Below, piece after piece: positions 40,101-53,756 of a stretch of DNA of 64,000 bases. Source of the stretch: Raillietiella orientalis (taxonomy: Eukaryota); contig JAYWIR010000005.1 in NCBI GenBank assembly GCA_036172245.1, positions 1,488,001 to 1,552,000 on the forward strand, in the 5' to 3' direction. The notes beneath the pieces are model-generated. The model made no database searches, had not been told where the DNA came from, and saw only the letters and a list, made by a program, of their open reading frames with translations. The first letter of the stretch is position 1. Every line of letters starts with the position of its first letter. A program made the position numbers and the translations under genes.

Positions 40101-43100
40101 GAATGCCTCAAATAAGCAAAAACTCATAGTTCCCATTAGGTTCTTGTGGTATATGTACAGATGGACATAATACATGGCCACATTTTTGAGGAATTTCTTA
40201 CATTCAGATAATACTTGCAGTAACGGACTTGAACAGTTCAGAAATCGCAAAATTGTCAAAAAGTTAATATCGGCTCAAAACCTCAAATTTCACAAGCTCA
40301 AAAATTCGATGCTCCAGCCATTTTAACATACAGGTTTCCAAAAAAAGCTTCACCATTCGAATTAGATTCTTTCACTATAATATTCTATTTTGCAGCGCAT
40401 TTCTTCATCAGGATTGATCGCATACTAATAAATGAAAATTTGTAATGGACACGTATTGTGTAATCGTATCTTGAATCAACTGAAATGAAATCCTCTACCC
40501 ACATTCCAATTCTCTTGTAATTTTTTAACTTCCAAGGCCCGTCAATTGGGATTTTCTGAATCACCACAGAATTTCAATATATTCTACAGAATTGGTTAGG
40601 TAACATTCTAGTCATCCACATGTACGAACGATGTATGCTTCTAAATAGAGGTTGTCTATTCTGCATATTTCGTGTTTTTTTTTTTTTTTAAAAAAAAGGA
40701 ATCTTTCGGCCTTCCATTCAAAAGGACTCGGATTCGACTTGGAAAATTCACATTCGACTGTTTGCATTAGGTCTGTTAAATTGAGTATGCATCATATTGG
40801 GTACGTTGTTGAAGGAATCACCATAATAATTTACCGTCGTGATCGATTATTTCAGCTTCTAAAACAAACTATCTGGTTACATGTAAAATAATTTAGTTTG
40901 TGATATCAGTCTTAAGTGATTTTCTGTATTACATGTTTTCCGTATCATATTTCTGTATCACAAACAATTCTTAATTCTGCAAAGGCTTCAAGGTTCAACT
41001 TCCTTTTATTTCAATATTCTCGTTACAAGAAATCATTACCTCTGTAAGCGAAAGTTTTCTTTTCGCTGAATCGGAATGTGAAATTCTTAAGGAATCTCTT
41101 TATGGAATTCTTAAGAGTGCATATGATGTAAGATTGATTCTGACGGTTCCTAATCAGCCTTCAGATATGACTCCAATTTCTTCATGTCGAACGAATATTT
41201 TAATCATTTACTGAAGCCCAGAATATTGAATTTAATAAAGCAGAATATGCTCGACGTGGCATTGCATTTACAACTACTTGTATTTGAGATGAGAAACAGA
41301 AATGTACTTGACCTTCTGGTTGAAGTCACACTAAGAAGTCACACATCGAAGATGACTTCTTAAAAGGTTTAACAGGTTTGTAAAGTGCTTTTCCAGATCA
41401 TGACATCTTCAAGAATTTCAATATTATAGCTAAAGTTTAAGTACGGAAAATTATCTTTGTCAGATGTCGTACTTAATATGCACACAGTTGATACAATCAC
41501 ATATGATCACTGAGTTACATATTTTGTAATGCAAAGATATGTTTATCATGATGTAATAAACAATTAGAAAACATAAGAATATACTTGCTATTTTACTCTA
41601 CAAACACTTATACCATTTCTTATATAGATGGTCCATAGTTTCATCAACTACTTAGTTCTTCATCCACTTATTTGAAAAACGGATTGTAAAGTCAGAGCTA
41701 TTTATTAACATCTTGAGAAAGTGCTAGTGGAAAATTGAACCTTGCACAGCTTACTGCTCCAAACATTTCTCATCTAAAAGTGGCGTAAAAGGTAATGGAT
41801 CAATCAATCATAAATTCCATTAAAACTCAGACAGTGTCATACAACACAATCACAAAGTACAGTCAATAGATAAAAATCTTCATGTAAACAAACAAGAAGC
41901 TATCCCAAAATGTCAATAACTTTCAGCCATTTCACTAAGTTAAATGCAAAACAAGGTTGTGCAATTTTACATTACTGTGGTCACTGTATTAAATCATTAC
42001 AATCATTATATTGTTCTACCGGTAATAACATGTTTTACAAATTAAACGTGGATTAATTTTCAAATGAATATATGATGAAAAATGTTCACTGCGCTTATGT
42101 AACAGGATAATCAAACACGACGACTATTTAACTGGATCATTGTTTTCGCAACTATGAATAAATGATTCGTAGTCCTAAGTACAACATTATTTCAAATCAA
42201 AACGGTGTCGAAACTGAAACTTATAGTATTTTCCGGTTTTTTATTTCTTCAAATTTTCTGAAGTTTTTTCTCGGAAGTTAAGATAAACTGCCGCATAATA
42301 ATTGCTAATAAATCACAAATTCAAGGGTTCTCGTTGATGGTTCCCTACCAAAATGCCTTTTTAAAATGATACTGTAAATATACTGATTCATAGTTTCATT
42401 TATCTTATAGTTATCGTTTACATTAAAGAAAGTTTGCTCAAGTTTTAGGGAAACATCTGTCTTGAAAACAGTGCCGGAAAAGGCTTCATTTCATTATTTG
42501 AAAAGAAAAATTTTTTCTTGGATTTCACCAGTCTTATAAAAATTTTAATTATATTGTTCTAAATATGTTTTGCTTACGTTTTTTTCCCTTGCTAATCTAT
42601 TTGACATTTCGTTAAATGGATTTTTGAAGTTAAAAAAAGTCTCATAGCACCATTTCTTCGGTATTCTTTCTTTAATGACTTCTATGTTTCTTTCTGTGGC
42701 TAAAATAAAGTAAAAAAACTCTGGATGAAAATTATAAATTCATGATAGAATTTTTGAAAATATGCCGAGTGATTCCAAGTAATTAACAAATTCTCAAGAC
42801 AAGCTGATCAAGTAATTGAGCAGCCAGTCTTGTGTATTACTTTCTACTCATTTCTGTCTGCCTTCCCCTTCAGTCATTAAACGCTAATTCAAGTTTGCTT
42901 CTTGCTTAGGCACCCGACGTCTTTCGGAAGACTCTGAACAATGTAATGTGCTATTCTGTTGTTTAGGACAGATCAGGTTCTAGAGCTTACGATCATTCTA
43001 ATGAAATCTCATCAGTTACTCCATTCCTTGAAAAGATTAGATGCCAAATTTCTATTGCAACTCACACGAATGGTCGTACTTTTTTTTTTGAAAGGCTATT

Positions 43101-43299
43101 CCTTGATGAAAGCAACCTGATCACCAAGAGGGACCTTGGTCTTTCCATGAAGGAATCGTGTAGTGTATCTCTGAATATCCTTCAGAAAAAGCTACAAAAA
43201 GCAGTTTTGTATTTTTGAATCTTCGTATCATTTGGCGACTTTTATCTGCTCAATCGGGCTTCCCTCCCTGAGAGATTCCCTACTCAAAGAGATGCTATG

Positions 43300-44500
43300 G
43301 CTGCACCTCAACACACGGAAGAGATCCTCCGTGGAGAGGAAACTTGATGTCAAGTTCCTGATCAATGTCTCAAAGAAATCGATCACTTAACAGGGATCAG
43401 TGCCAGATAAGCAGTTGCTAAAACGCCCCAGTAATCTCCTGTCCTGAAATTTCTTCAGGCCATCATACTCTTTCGGGAAATCCAATCGTCGTTTTCGCTT
43501 ATTTCCAGCTTCTCATTCTAGATCTTTCGAATTTGTTTTTCTTCGCCTTATTTCCATTCTGCTCGTCCTCCTGTTCCGAGATTACGACAAACATTTTCGA
43601 AAAGCACCATCTCATGATTGGATCTCCACATGCATGCTCAGCCTTCCGGCTTCCGGAGAGGATGCTCTCCGTTCCAAAGGACTGACTATCATTTTTCTCG
43701 ATCTTATGGATCTCTCATCGGAGCGCAAAAGAGTTAGCTACTATAGCGGATATCTTATCTGTTGTCAGCCCCTCACCAAGAGACGGTTGTCGTGGCCACT
43801 GAGTGAAGTTTGAGCCATTTTGGCACCCAACTTCGCCAGATGATTGGCTTGGTACAACGAAATCCCTGGATCTCCGTCCTCTCCACAAACTGGACTACTT
43901 GGCTTCAGGAGTTCGTATTTTTGCCTGGGGCAAAATCAACTGCACGAGCGAGATGGCAGAATGCATCTGCCTAAGAAACAGAAGATACACTCGTCATTCG
44001 CTGAGGGAGATCCTGGGCAACACCAGGAATCTGCTTTGGGCATCGCTCGCCCCCTTGCCCCAGTGCCGCTCTCCCTACAGGAAGCAAGGAGCAGCAACTT
44101 TCCGGCAAAGTGGAAGATAACGTGCAATACAGACAAAAGGAAACATCTGGATACACGGACAACTCGGGAGCTGACAGGTGCTGCCACCCAGAGTGTCCCT
44201 CTAAAAGGACTGCGACGCTGGGGAGAGCTACTAGAAATTCCTCCGGAGGAGATACAGTGGTCCCCAGCTTGCTGGAAGAGTGCAACTCTCTTCCCCTAAA
44301 GTGGCAGGAGTCGGAGATCCTTCTGTTGCATTGGGGCCTCACGTGCAATGTCCGCCGACACCTCTGGACTCGGGGGAGTGCGAGCCCCAACTGCTGCAAT
44401 TTTAGTATATGTACAGCCGAAGCGTGTTCCAACTGCTGCAGTTGCACCGAAAGAGAGTCCCTCCCGCAGCGGCTCATGGATTGAGTTGCCCTCCCCTTGT
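43300..44500 (-). mobile_element. possible decayed N-terminal zinc-finger region of an RLE element
   Basis: RCGRDSL..LEHASAVH, FCLYC and AALGQGGERC (GLGQHER) are finger-like remnants. Confidence 0.35.
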
Positions 44501-44879
44501 AGGAACGTCTTACCGCGTCCCTGTGGAACCCCGAGGGAACCCCAGAGACTCTCTTAAGCGCCTCTTCCTGCGCGACGCCCCCACGCCGGCGGCATTTCTA
44601 GTAGCACTTTGCCGCCTACGCGGGACCGTGGCTGCATGGAGCAACGCCAGAGGAGGCCAGGAAGAAGGGACGCCATCTATTCTGCCCCCCTCTTCACGAG
44701 GATAGCGTCAGGAGGACCCCATCTGGAGATCGTAAAACGGGAACTTGTCGGCATCCTTACAAAGATGCAGAGGACGTCCTCCATCACACGATGATCCTTT
44801 CCCGAACCCTCCCAATTTTTCGTATTTTTTATTTTCTTTTTTTGTTGTTTCCCCTTCTCTGCTGCCAAGGCAACCTCGC

Positions 44880-47050
44880 CGGCCTACGTGCCGGTCCTCA
44901 GAGGGTTCCTTTTCATATATTTGTAACGTGTATGTTTATTTTTTCGTAAATAACGCTCCGGTGCAACTGGGTGTCAAAACCAAAGGACTTCGTTTCATCT
45001 TCTCTCAGATCAGGGCTGCGTATGCAACATCTGTAGCATCGAGACTTTGACTGAAAATCCGTCAAAACTTTTGCTACTCGTTCTCACCATCTCAGCTAAG
45101 GAAGTTGTCGTCCCGATGCAGACTGTCTTCTCGTCTGCATCAAGGTGGGGTTCCGGTTTCAGGGTTACAGTTTCAAAACCAAAGTTGCCGCTCATTCTTG
45201 ACGGTTGCTGTCAGCGGCCGCCATCAAGGAACCCTTCCGACTGGTAACTGGGATCTTTTCCTCGATGGACCCAGAACCGGGGATCTCATCCTCGTCATCA
45301 GAAAGCTTTCTGAGATCGCCGGAAGTCGTTTGCATGTCCCACCGGAAGTAGGGCGATTTGAGACTCATCGCACTTCCGATGCAGAAGAAGAAGCGAAAAT
45401 GGAAGATTTGAACTCTTCAATGCTCTTCACATTCCATCTTCAGAGCAACGGCCTCCCCAGAAAGATCCCATTTCCATTGGAAGGACTACTGGATCTTCGC
45501 TGGCTCTGCGCCACCCGTTTGAAGCCTAAAGCGCCTTCCCGATTCGCGCTTGCCGAGCGTACTCGAGAGGAGCCCCTTCTGCTGGATGGAATTGGGAAAA
45601 ATGAGGACCATTCTCAGTTCTTCTAAATCGGCTCCTCGTCCTATGCTGAAGAATCAATCCTATGATGCGGCAAGTGCTCTTGGCTTTCCTGCTGTGGTTC
45701 CCTTGTGGATTCCTTTTCACGGAAGTATCCTGAGTGACTTTTGAATTTTCGTCTGCTCTGAAGGGGAAGGCAACTAAAAGGGAAATCTGTATTGAAGAGA
45801 CGTGATCGCATGAGTAGCACGAAATGTGGACATCGTGGGAAAGGGTTCAGATGGTGTGCAACCTGAAAGAACTGCACACTAAGAATGTGCTCCAAACTGT
45901 AAGGCAAAAAGGCAACTGCTGGCATAGTGAAACCTTCAAGGTTATTCTAGACATCACCTCCGAAACGCGTTAGACAATGAAGCACTGTTTGGAGGGTTCA
46001 AAGATTAACGTTTCCAGTCGAAAGCACATGAAGACCCTAGGAAACTCCCTGATTTATTTTCAAGGACTTGACGATTATTTCCTGAAATGTGATCAAACCT
46101 CCTCAGAAGAAAGTCAGCTCAGCATCCAACTCATTCAAAACGGGGGAAGTTGTGAATGGAAATGGCAAGAGCCGCAAGTTCAAGTGCCTCATCACGTACG
46201 AAAGTTGACAAGGCTTCGTGCACAACCACCATTTCCGATTTTAAAAAAAAGCATTCGGGACATGCATTTTCATTTTGGATAGAAAGGGAGGAACAGACAA
46301 AGTAGTCACATAAAAGCATGGTACAGTGAGTGCCAAATGGAAATGAAACGTCTTTTTTTGTGCAGAGCACCGTGGTCCTAATAAAAGTCATGCCAGCGCT
46401 GAACCCTAAACAATTTTCAATTGGAACTGCTTTACTTTCAAGGATCAGATAAACCTGTGTATGAAATATTTTCATTTATGAATGCACCGTGTGACACAGC
46501 CGGGGGATCACAGCCAGATGGGAAATTTGTCTGCAACTCTCAAAGGAGCGTTCTCAGAGCACAACAGGGCGTGTTCTATATAGACTCGTACACAACTGGA
46601 CAACTCCCCTATATGGAGAGCTTTCTGTAATACGTGAACATCGTTCGTCATTATAACGTGACAGAATATTAGAACTAAGCAATTTTGCATGTCTATACAC
46701 TTCTCTTCATTGTGGTTAAGCACGCTTAAAGTGGCCCTATTGAAATGACGCTCCACCCTTGCTAATGCAAGCAGTGCTCGTTTTTGTAGTCAAATGGAAC
46801 GTCTTTCCAGTCTGGAATTTCCGTGGATTCTGTACAGATTAATAGCAAAGCCGCACTTTGCTCATCAGCTAACTATTCTGCGTATTCGTGCCTTGTGAGG
46901 GGTTCTAATTGAGATGCACGTGCTGGAGCTGTGCACGAGGTGAACCCAATATCAGCTCTCGAACACTTTGGAAAACCACACATCGTACTTGAATGAAAGT
47001 ATAGCATCTCATACACTTTTATAAAACGTCCTTCAAGACTGCATTTTCCA
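44880..47050 (-). mobile_element. decayed RLE retrotransposon (RT to endonuclease) abutting the MIOS pseudogene
   Basis: LEPLTRHE, EIPDWK, KTSTACISKGG, NRATLSVLN, LQKA..C..IEH, then LKPEPHL..VCI and LTPSCTGAL. Confidence 0.55.
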
Positions 47051-47109
47051 AATAATCCGATTTGCATCTAAATATCACACGATGTTGCTTATCTTCTTCC
47101 AGAATGATA

Positions 47110-48650
47110 ATGAACATCCTTGACCAAACGAATCAAATGAATTGATGAAACAAATGCAACTGTGCAATCAGACTAGAACATGAAGGCAGCTATTGTAAGG
47201 CAGCAGCCCTAGCAGTGCTCAATCTGAAGCTTCAGAGGGCATTACGAAGTCTTCAGTTGGGATCTAAACATCATCCTTCCCTAATTCCTGTGACCATGGC
47301 ATTGGCTGGCTTCACAGATGAACGCAATGCTCTGTGGAAAGAAACATGCATTCAGTTGCGATCCCAGTTGAACGATCCGTATCTGAGCACCATGTTTGGG
47401 TTTCTAACAGAACCGAATTTTTGTGAGGGTGTTTTGGTAAGATCCTAAATTTCGGAGATATTTTACCTTCGATGTGTTCACAGGAAGAAGAGGGAACAGC
47501 GATAGATGATAAGATTGCTTTTGCTACACTTTACTTCAATGATGTGGATTTGGTCAACTACTTGGAGAAACTGACTTCCAGCTATAGCAGTGCAGGTACC
47601 TAAAGAATTAGTTCCGTCTTTATACGTTGGCACATCTTTGGAGCTCTTCAGCATCATGATGTCCTTGTTTAGCTGCAGTTGGACCATTTCTCTTTGAAAG
47701 TCCTTTAATGCTGTCCCCAACATGTGCACAAGCACTTGAAATGACCACTCCACTTTGTTTGTATTCTTTCCCATTTGCTTTGATTTGTCGGTCAGCAATT
47801 TTGCTCAAACGTTCGTTGATTCGGAAATCAATCTTCCCTTATGAACTTTCCCTGCAATCCTGGATCGCTGTAACAACTTGCATTGTGCTGGCTATTTATT
47901 AGTCCAATGGGTTTTCTTGAGCAACTCGATAGTCCATTCCAAGTCCGGTGGAATAGATTACATTCTGGCTGGAATAGGAACTTACAGATCAAGATAGCTG
48001 ACTTCAGAGGAAGCATCGGAATGTTTTCGAAAACCCGATTTTGTGTGCATTGTAGCGTAACTCAGCTTGCATTCTAAGAGTGTGAAAGTTGTTGGCAGAA
48101 CGTTAGAATTTGTAAGAAGATGGTACGAAGGTGGATACGTGTTCTCATTTTGCAGTGCATCTGCAATTCATACACGGTACTTGGAGTGGCTAGCTGCATG
48201 TTGAGGACACCCTATCTACAGCAATAGGTGTTACAAGTGTAGCATCTGGATTGGCTGGTTCATTCAACTGAGCTAGTGCTGCAACGTTTATTATTATTAT
48301 TGTTATTATTATGCATTTTGTGAAACATGGACTATGCGCATGGCTGGATTCTTAAGAGAGAAAAATGCACCAGAAACCCTTCCCATTGCTGCAGATGCTT
48401 CAGTGCATTGGCACTGAGCCCATGTAATCATCTGTTAAAATTGTGGTTCAGTTGGTGGTGGAAAACATGTCGCTAGGAAGGTCCTACTGGCATTTCATCT
48501 CTCTAGGAGTGGTTTAGGCAAACCTGAAAACCAGTACATTTCTTTAATGGCATGCATGCTTCAGGTATCATATGGAATGCTGAGTTGCAGGTTGTAAACA
48601 TGCAAATGTAAATCTTGAGCAAATCGCACAAGCGAAAAAAAAATACCTTT
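47110..48650 (+). pseudogene. MIOS: unprocessed partial MIOS pseudogene (exons 10-11 plus part of intron 11, then decayed end of exon 13 and exon 14)
   Basis: 47146-48364 matches 57564-58782 (offset 10418; one mismatch noticed at 48338). 48365-48650 is a frameshifted, diverged match to 59550-59830 that retains the last intron. No 5' exons found. Confidence 0.92.
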
Positions 48651-48723
48651 TATGCAATTTATTTGAAGATCTTCCTATTTACATTCTTTTATGATAACAT
48701 ATTCCATTTAGAATCACATTGCA

Positions 48724-49167
48724 CTACGATGGTTGCCATAAGTTTTTGTGTGTGTGCATCAAATTGACAGCTTGATCATAGAAGTTTAAATCTATAACAT
48801 TTGTGAGCCATGAATCACGTGGAGCTTTGATCTTACCGAATTTAGAAGCAAATTCTAAAGGGTGGCAAACCAGCATGCTACAGTTCATCTGATTCCGTGA
48901 CAAAACTTGGCCTTCCACTTCCACTAACCCTTCTGGAGGACACAGTAAACGTTCTTTCATTTTCACTTGAACCAATACGCCATCGCTGGTGTTCATTTGA
49001 AAAGTAAGACCATTAGGATCCATCTGATGGAACACTTATTCCAGATATTCAGGAAAAACGTACCATACTTTTGAAACCATGCCTAAAAGCCATACTGATT
49101 TACCAATGTACTGCATCATGTACTTTCCATTAATTCTTGGACGATTTTGAATACCAGTTTCCGCCAT
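48724..49167 (-). CDS. RPA3: replication protein A 14 kDa subunit, 117 aa
   Basis: Exons 49167-49069, 49023-48837, 48791-48724 give MAETGIQNRPRINGKYMMQYIGKSVWLLGMVSK|MDPNG...GLVEVEGQV...KF|DLNFYDQAVNLMH, which matches the RPA3 OB-fold pattern (RIN..V..G..EVxGxV..FDL..Y..AV). Confidence 0.95.
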
Positions 49168-49257
49168 CCCTTAAAGGTTTCAAGATTAAATTCATGTGCT
49201 GAGTAAAAGCGACAGTGACATTAAAAATGGATTAGTTCCTTTTTGCATGCACTCACG

Positions 49258-49269
49258 GTTTTGGCGCCA
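49258..49269. promoter_or_regulatory. E2F-like site upstream of RPA3
   Basis: TTTTGGCGCCA about 95 bp upstream of the RPA3 ATG, in otherwise CpG-poor DNA. Confidence 0.35.
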
Positions 49270-50399
49270 TAGAGCTTTTCCCTGAACCAAAGCATACGCA
49301 GGTGTACCAGATATTCAGACTTCAGTATAAAGCTATGTATGATGGCTAGATGCAAGCATCTTTCTTTATCATTCTTGACTGGAGATAAAAAAAAATAGCT
49401 AAATTAATAAGTTAAATAAAAATTTGGCTCAGCTTCTACCATTTTTTGTTTAATAAGAATTTTTTTGAGTATTATTTTATTCATTTTTCAATACCAGATG
49501 GAATCAAGTCATAATTATCAAAAATATTAGTTTTTGGATCATGGAAACTTTTCCGATATATGACAGTATTATGAGTGATTTTTTTCTAATTTAGTTGAAA
49601 ACAGTATGATTTGTTTGGAAATAAATAAAAGCGATTAATGCAAAATTACTTTTGCTAAGTTTTTATCTTCCATGTTTAAGTATTATCAGTTGTCTCAACA
49701 ATTATTTGTCGATAATAGCTGAAACATATTTGTTCAGAATTCAACAAATTGATTATTTTCCAATACACAACATGGTTTGATTTTCTGATACCACTTCCTC
49801 ATCTACATAAGCAAAGTAGGTATTTTTTGACCAATTGTTTTTATAATCGTCAGATTCCAGCTCTTTTAATTTTCATTTTCATTATCTAGATAAAGCGGCA
49901 CTTTTCTCTCTTGTGTCTTTCTGTCTTTTTCTATATATTCAGAAGAGAAACTCTTTAAAAAATGAAGGATTTCAATTGTGATTTAATATAAGACACATCT
50001 GAAGTTATTTCTTGTTTGCTTTCTCAAGATAGATCATACGCTCTGTGCAGCCAACAATCTTAATCATTTATTTCTTAAATGTGCAAGCACAAATCTGTTT
50101 TACATTTAAGATTGTGTACTCATAAACGTCGAAAGTTATACAATTTATGTGATGATTACTGATGTCACAAGCATATTTCTCATTCTGTACTTGTGAAAAC
50201 CAAGAGTTATCATACAGGAATTTTTTTTAGGGTTAACAGTTCAATTAATTATACGTAGAAGCACTCACCGATCGTTTGTTTTCATATGTATCTCATCTTG
50301 ACAATCACGTGATTTTTGCCAAACCCTATCGGCAGCTTCCACTCTTAGAGGGCTTTTCAATTTCCAGGAAGGGAAAGACTAAAGGATAGGAGTGGTAGT

Positions 50400-52500
50400 T
50401 TTGGGGGAAGAGTTTTCTACAATCATGGAAGGATTTCCGATATTTGGAGTTGCATCAGAAGGCTTCCTTTTGAATAGTTAATGGGGAAAAAAACTAAAGG
50501 ATGATCATGACTGTCTTATATGTATTCGAATAATATTCTCGATAGCTACGCAAAGTGAACTGGATAATTCAGCAACATGAAAAGACTGCTAAGTATTTAA
50601 CGTAACCAAAGACCTTTAAATTTCCGAAAGTTCCTAAGCTGAATGCATGATCTGAAAGGAAGTATGGAAGATTTTATCCCCATGTCTGTTCCTTTCAAAT
50701 CTCTTATTTCCCAAGGAATACTGAGACAGATGTCTGTGCATTATGGTCTACTCAAAACGGATGCTTTCTTTGAGAGACTTAATCAGGAGTGTATTAGCTG
50801 ACATACTGTATTGATTCCTGTAGCAGTTATTTTGAGTGCGAAACCATGTAAACGCCTTTATTGATTATAGTAAGTTTAGGTTTAGGAATTGTTTTAGCAC
50901 ATTTATGAAAATCTCTAAAAGTTCAAATGTTTAGGTGCTTAAGTTGTTCCAGGTGTACTCATTCGATCCAAAAATTAATATTGGTGGACTAGCTAGTTTC
51001 CAAGCTGCATTCAAAGTGCTTGTCATGGAATGGACAACTAAGGTAACAGTTCCTTAGTGCAGCTGTATTCATGTCCTAAATGAGGCGATTTTCAGAATCA
51101 TATCTTTAGTGATTCCAATTTAAAGGCTTCAAATATATGAGCATGAACAAGGAGGATTTTCTAGATACTAAACTTAATGGATATCATTCACGATACACCA
51201 ACAGTAACCAGTATAAGTAAGGTAATCTTCAATCATAAAACGTCATCTAATAATTAACACTACTTGTAAGGAAGGGCATTGAGCAGCATTCTTCTTTTAC
51301 AAATACCATGATGGAGAATTGAAAAGATGCATCAGTTATCAGTATTTACCTTTATATTGTTGGAATTTTGCTCCCTGCTTCAACAACATGGAAAGCAAAT
51401 TACCAACAAAAATACATATAGCTAAGATAGATCGAGAATTGTTTGCTACACTGAAGTGTTCAATCTCCCCTAAGATCACATGATTGTGGCAAAGGTGATT
51501 GGTGCTTGATAACTCCCTACAAGACAGAAAAGAAAGTAGAATACTTTCTAAATGCATTGAAAATTCAGTTATCTGAAATTGCTCACTTATATTATTAGGT
51601 ATTACCACTTCTTTAGTTATTATTATTTCACCTTCAATCTGGCTAACTTGTGATACGGAAGCCTTTAAGTGAGTATTATTTGATACAATATTTGCTTATA
51701 TAAAGTTTTCAATGATTCTCATTACTCAGGATCTTTTTCATGACACTTGAAGTTTACGCGAATTCTTATCGAGTTCTACGTTTTCAATCTTGGAGCTGTT
51801 TAAGATGTTACAACTAACAACGGAAGGTTCGTTCATCTGCAAACAATGAGCTGGTACATTTTCAACTTCCCACTTTCAATAGATTCTCCTCTCAAATCAT
51901 TCTTCAATTCTCTGATTTCAAATTTTCAGTTAAGAAGTCTAGATCAGCATTGGAAATTTAACAGATCAATTGCCTTATGTTGTACCCTCCGCGAAGGGTC
52001 TCAAGAACTGCATAATGCTGGATAAGTAATAATTTATTTTAAGTAAGCATTTCCCATGTATATGGATATCAATCTTTCGAAAAAATGAGAGACTCGAACC
52101 TTTCTTGAGAAATTTTTCGAAGAGTTTGAAGGCTGAAAACCACCTCCGATGATTATCGATATAAGCTTGGAACATGGCTACTATTATGCTATAATCTCTG
52201 ATCTTCAAGTTCGTACCAAAACCGTGAAGCTTATATCTAAGCAAGGAGATGCTTTCTAGTCTTGTGGTATTATCCAAAAAGGAAGGGAAAGCATTGTGAA
52301 AAGAAAATTGGGCTAAAATCTGCTCCCTTTGAAGCAGAATCACGAATTGCGTACCTTCGAGAAAAATAGCTTGAAAAGATTTGGCAATCAATGTTTCAAA
52401 TTTTGTTTCGTAATGGAAACAGAATATCCCAAAATTGTACCTAGGATGCAGAACAGCGAAAGTAACTTGCAAATTTTCCAGAATGGTTGAATATCTCTAC
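50400..52500 (-). mobile_element. probable decayed AT-rich non-LTR element between RPA3 and MIOS
   Basis: IDIHIHGK..MQFLRPFA (LIHK..NFRPIA) and KQGAKFQQYK (GLKFNxxK) remnants. Confidence 0.35.
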
Positions 52501-53756
52501 GATTCGATCAGAGGTGAAATCTGTACCCTTTCCACTCGAATGCAACAGCAAGGAAAAATTCATATGACGAATGAAACATTTATCTTCCTTATGACCCTTT
52601 TTCTCACAAAATCACGAGAATTCTAGGACGGAACTTTAACGTTCATCAAAACGGAATATTGAGGAAAACAAAAAACGCTTGAGTTTGATTTCCGTTTTGA
52701 GATGGTGGTCAGATGACCTATGGGCAATATTATCTACACGGGGAAAAATAAATATTTATTAAAATTGTTTTTGTTTCTTAAGCACAGTGCTTAGGAAATT
52801 CCATAAAACAGCAGCATCCTCGGATTTGGAGATTCCGTTTTCTGGATGGGAACAGCATCGATTCCCTAAGGTTTATTTGTTTTAGGAACAGCATCGCAAA
52901 AGCAGGAGTGCCCCTTGCCCCCTCCCCCCATTTGATGTTCTTGGTTTGTCAGCTGTGTTGGAAGAGTACGCGGAAAGAGATGCTAATAAATTGTCAGCGT
53001 TCGAAAACACGAAAAAAACGCAAGCGCAAAACAAAAAATCTCCAGCAATGGGCAAACGAAGAGATTGCGTTGCCGGTTAAATAACCGGCACAAAAGAAGC
53101 TGGTACAATCGTAAATCATCCGCATTCTCACCTTGGAAACCGAATTTCCGTGCCTGTTGTGAAAATTGAGCTGTGCTTCAATTGACCAGGAAAGCTGTTT
53201 GGTTGCAAACTTTGCCCGGTTCTGAACCCACATGTCCAGTGCACGAAAAGGTGTACACGAGACACACATGTCGAGTGCAAGACTGGTGTTGTCGTGTCTG
53301 CCGTTCTGAAGAAGGCATGCACAGTGGTGTGCTGAGTGTTTCTTAGGAATTTATTCAAGTGTCAGTGTATCAGGTTATCAAGCCAGAAACCTGAGGGTTA
53401 GTGTAGAAATGCATCGGAAAGCACATCTTACCTTCACAAAAGCTTATCCAAAATCGAAAATTAAGATGAGCGGTGAAAATGCATTTCGAAATCGGGGAAC
53501 GTACCCTTGTCACTTTAACCTTTAGAAAATGGTAATCCAATAGAACATCCGAATATTTTAAAGTGAGTCCTCCAAATTAGTAGCGTGAGCCCTTTAGAGT
53601 GCCTATGATTTAAAGAATTTAACTGTTGAAAGCGATATCAGTATGCTTCTTCGTATGGTCCCAAGGAAGTTTTGGCCTTATGGAAAACATTCCTGCAAAT
53701 CCATCGAGTTAGATAGCCAGTAATTATCTTTATCCAGTATGTAATAATATTACAAA

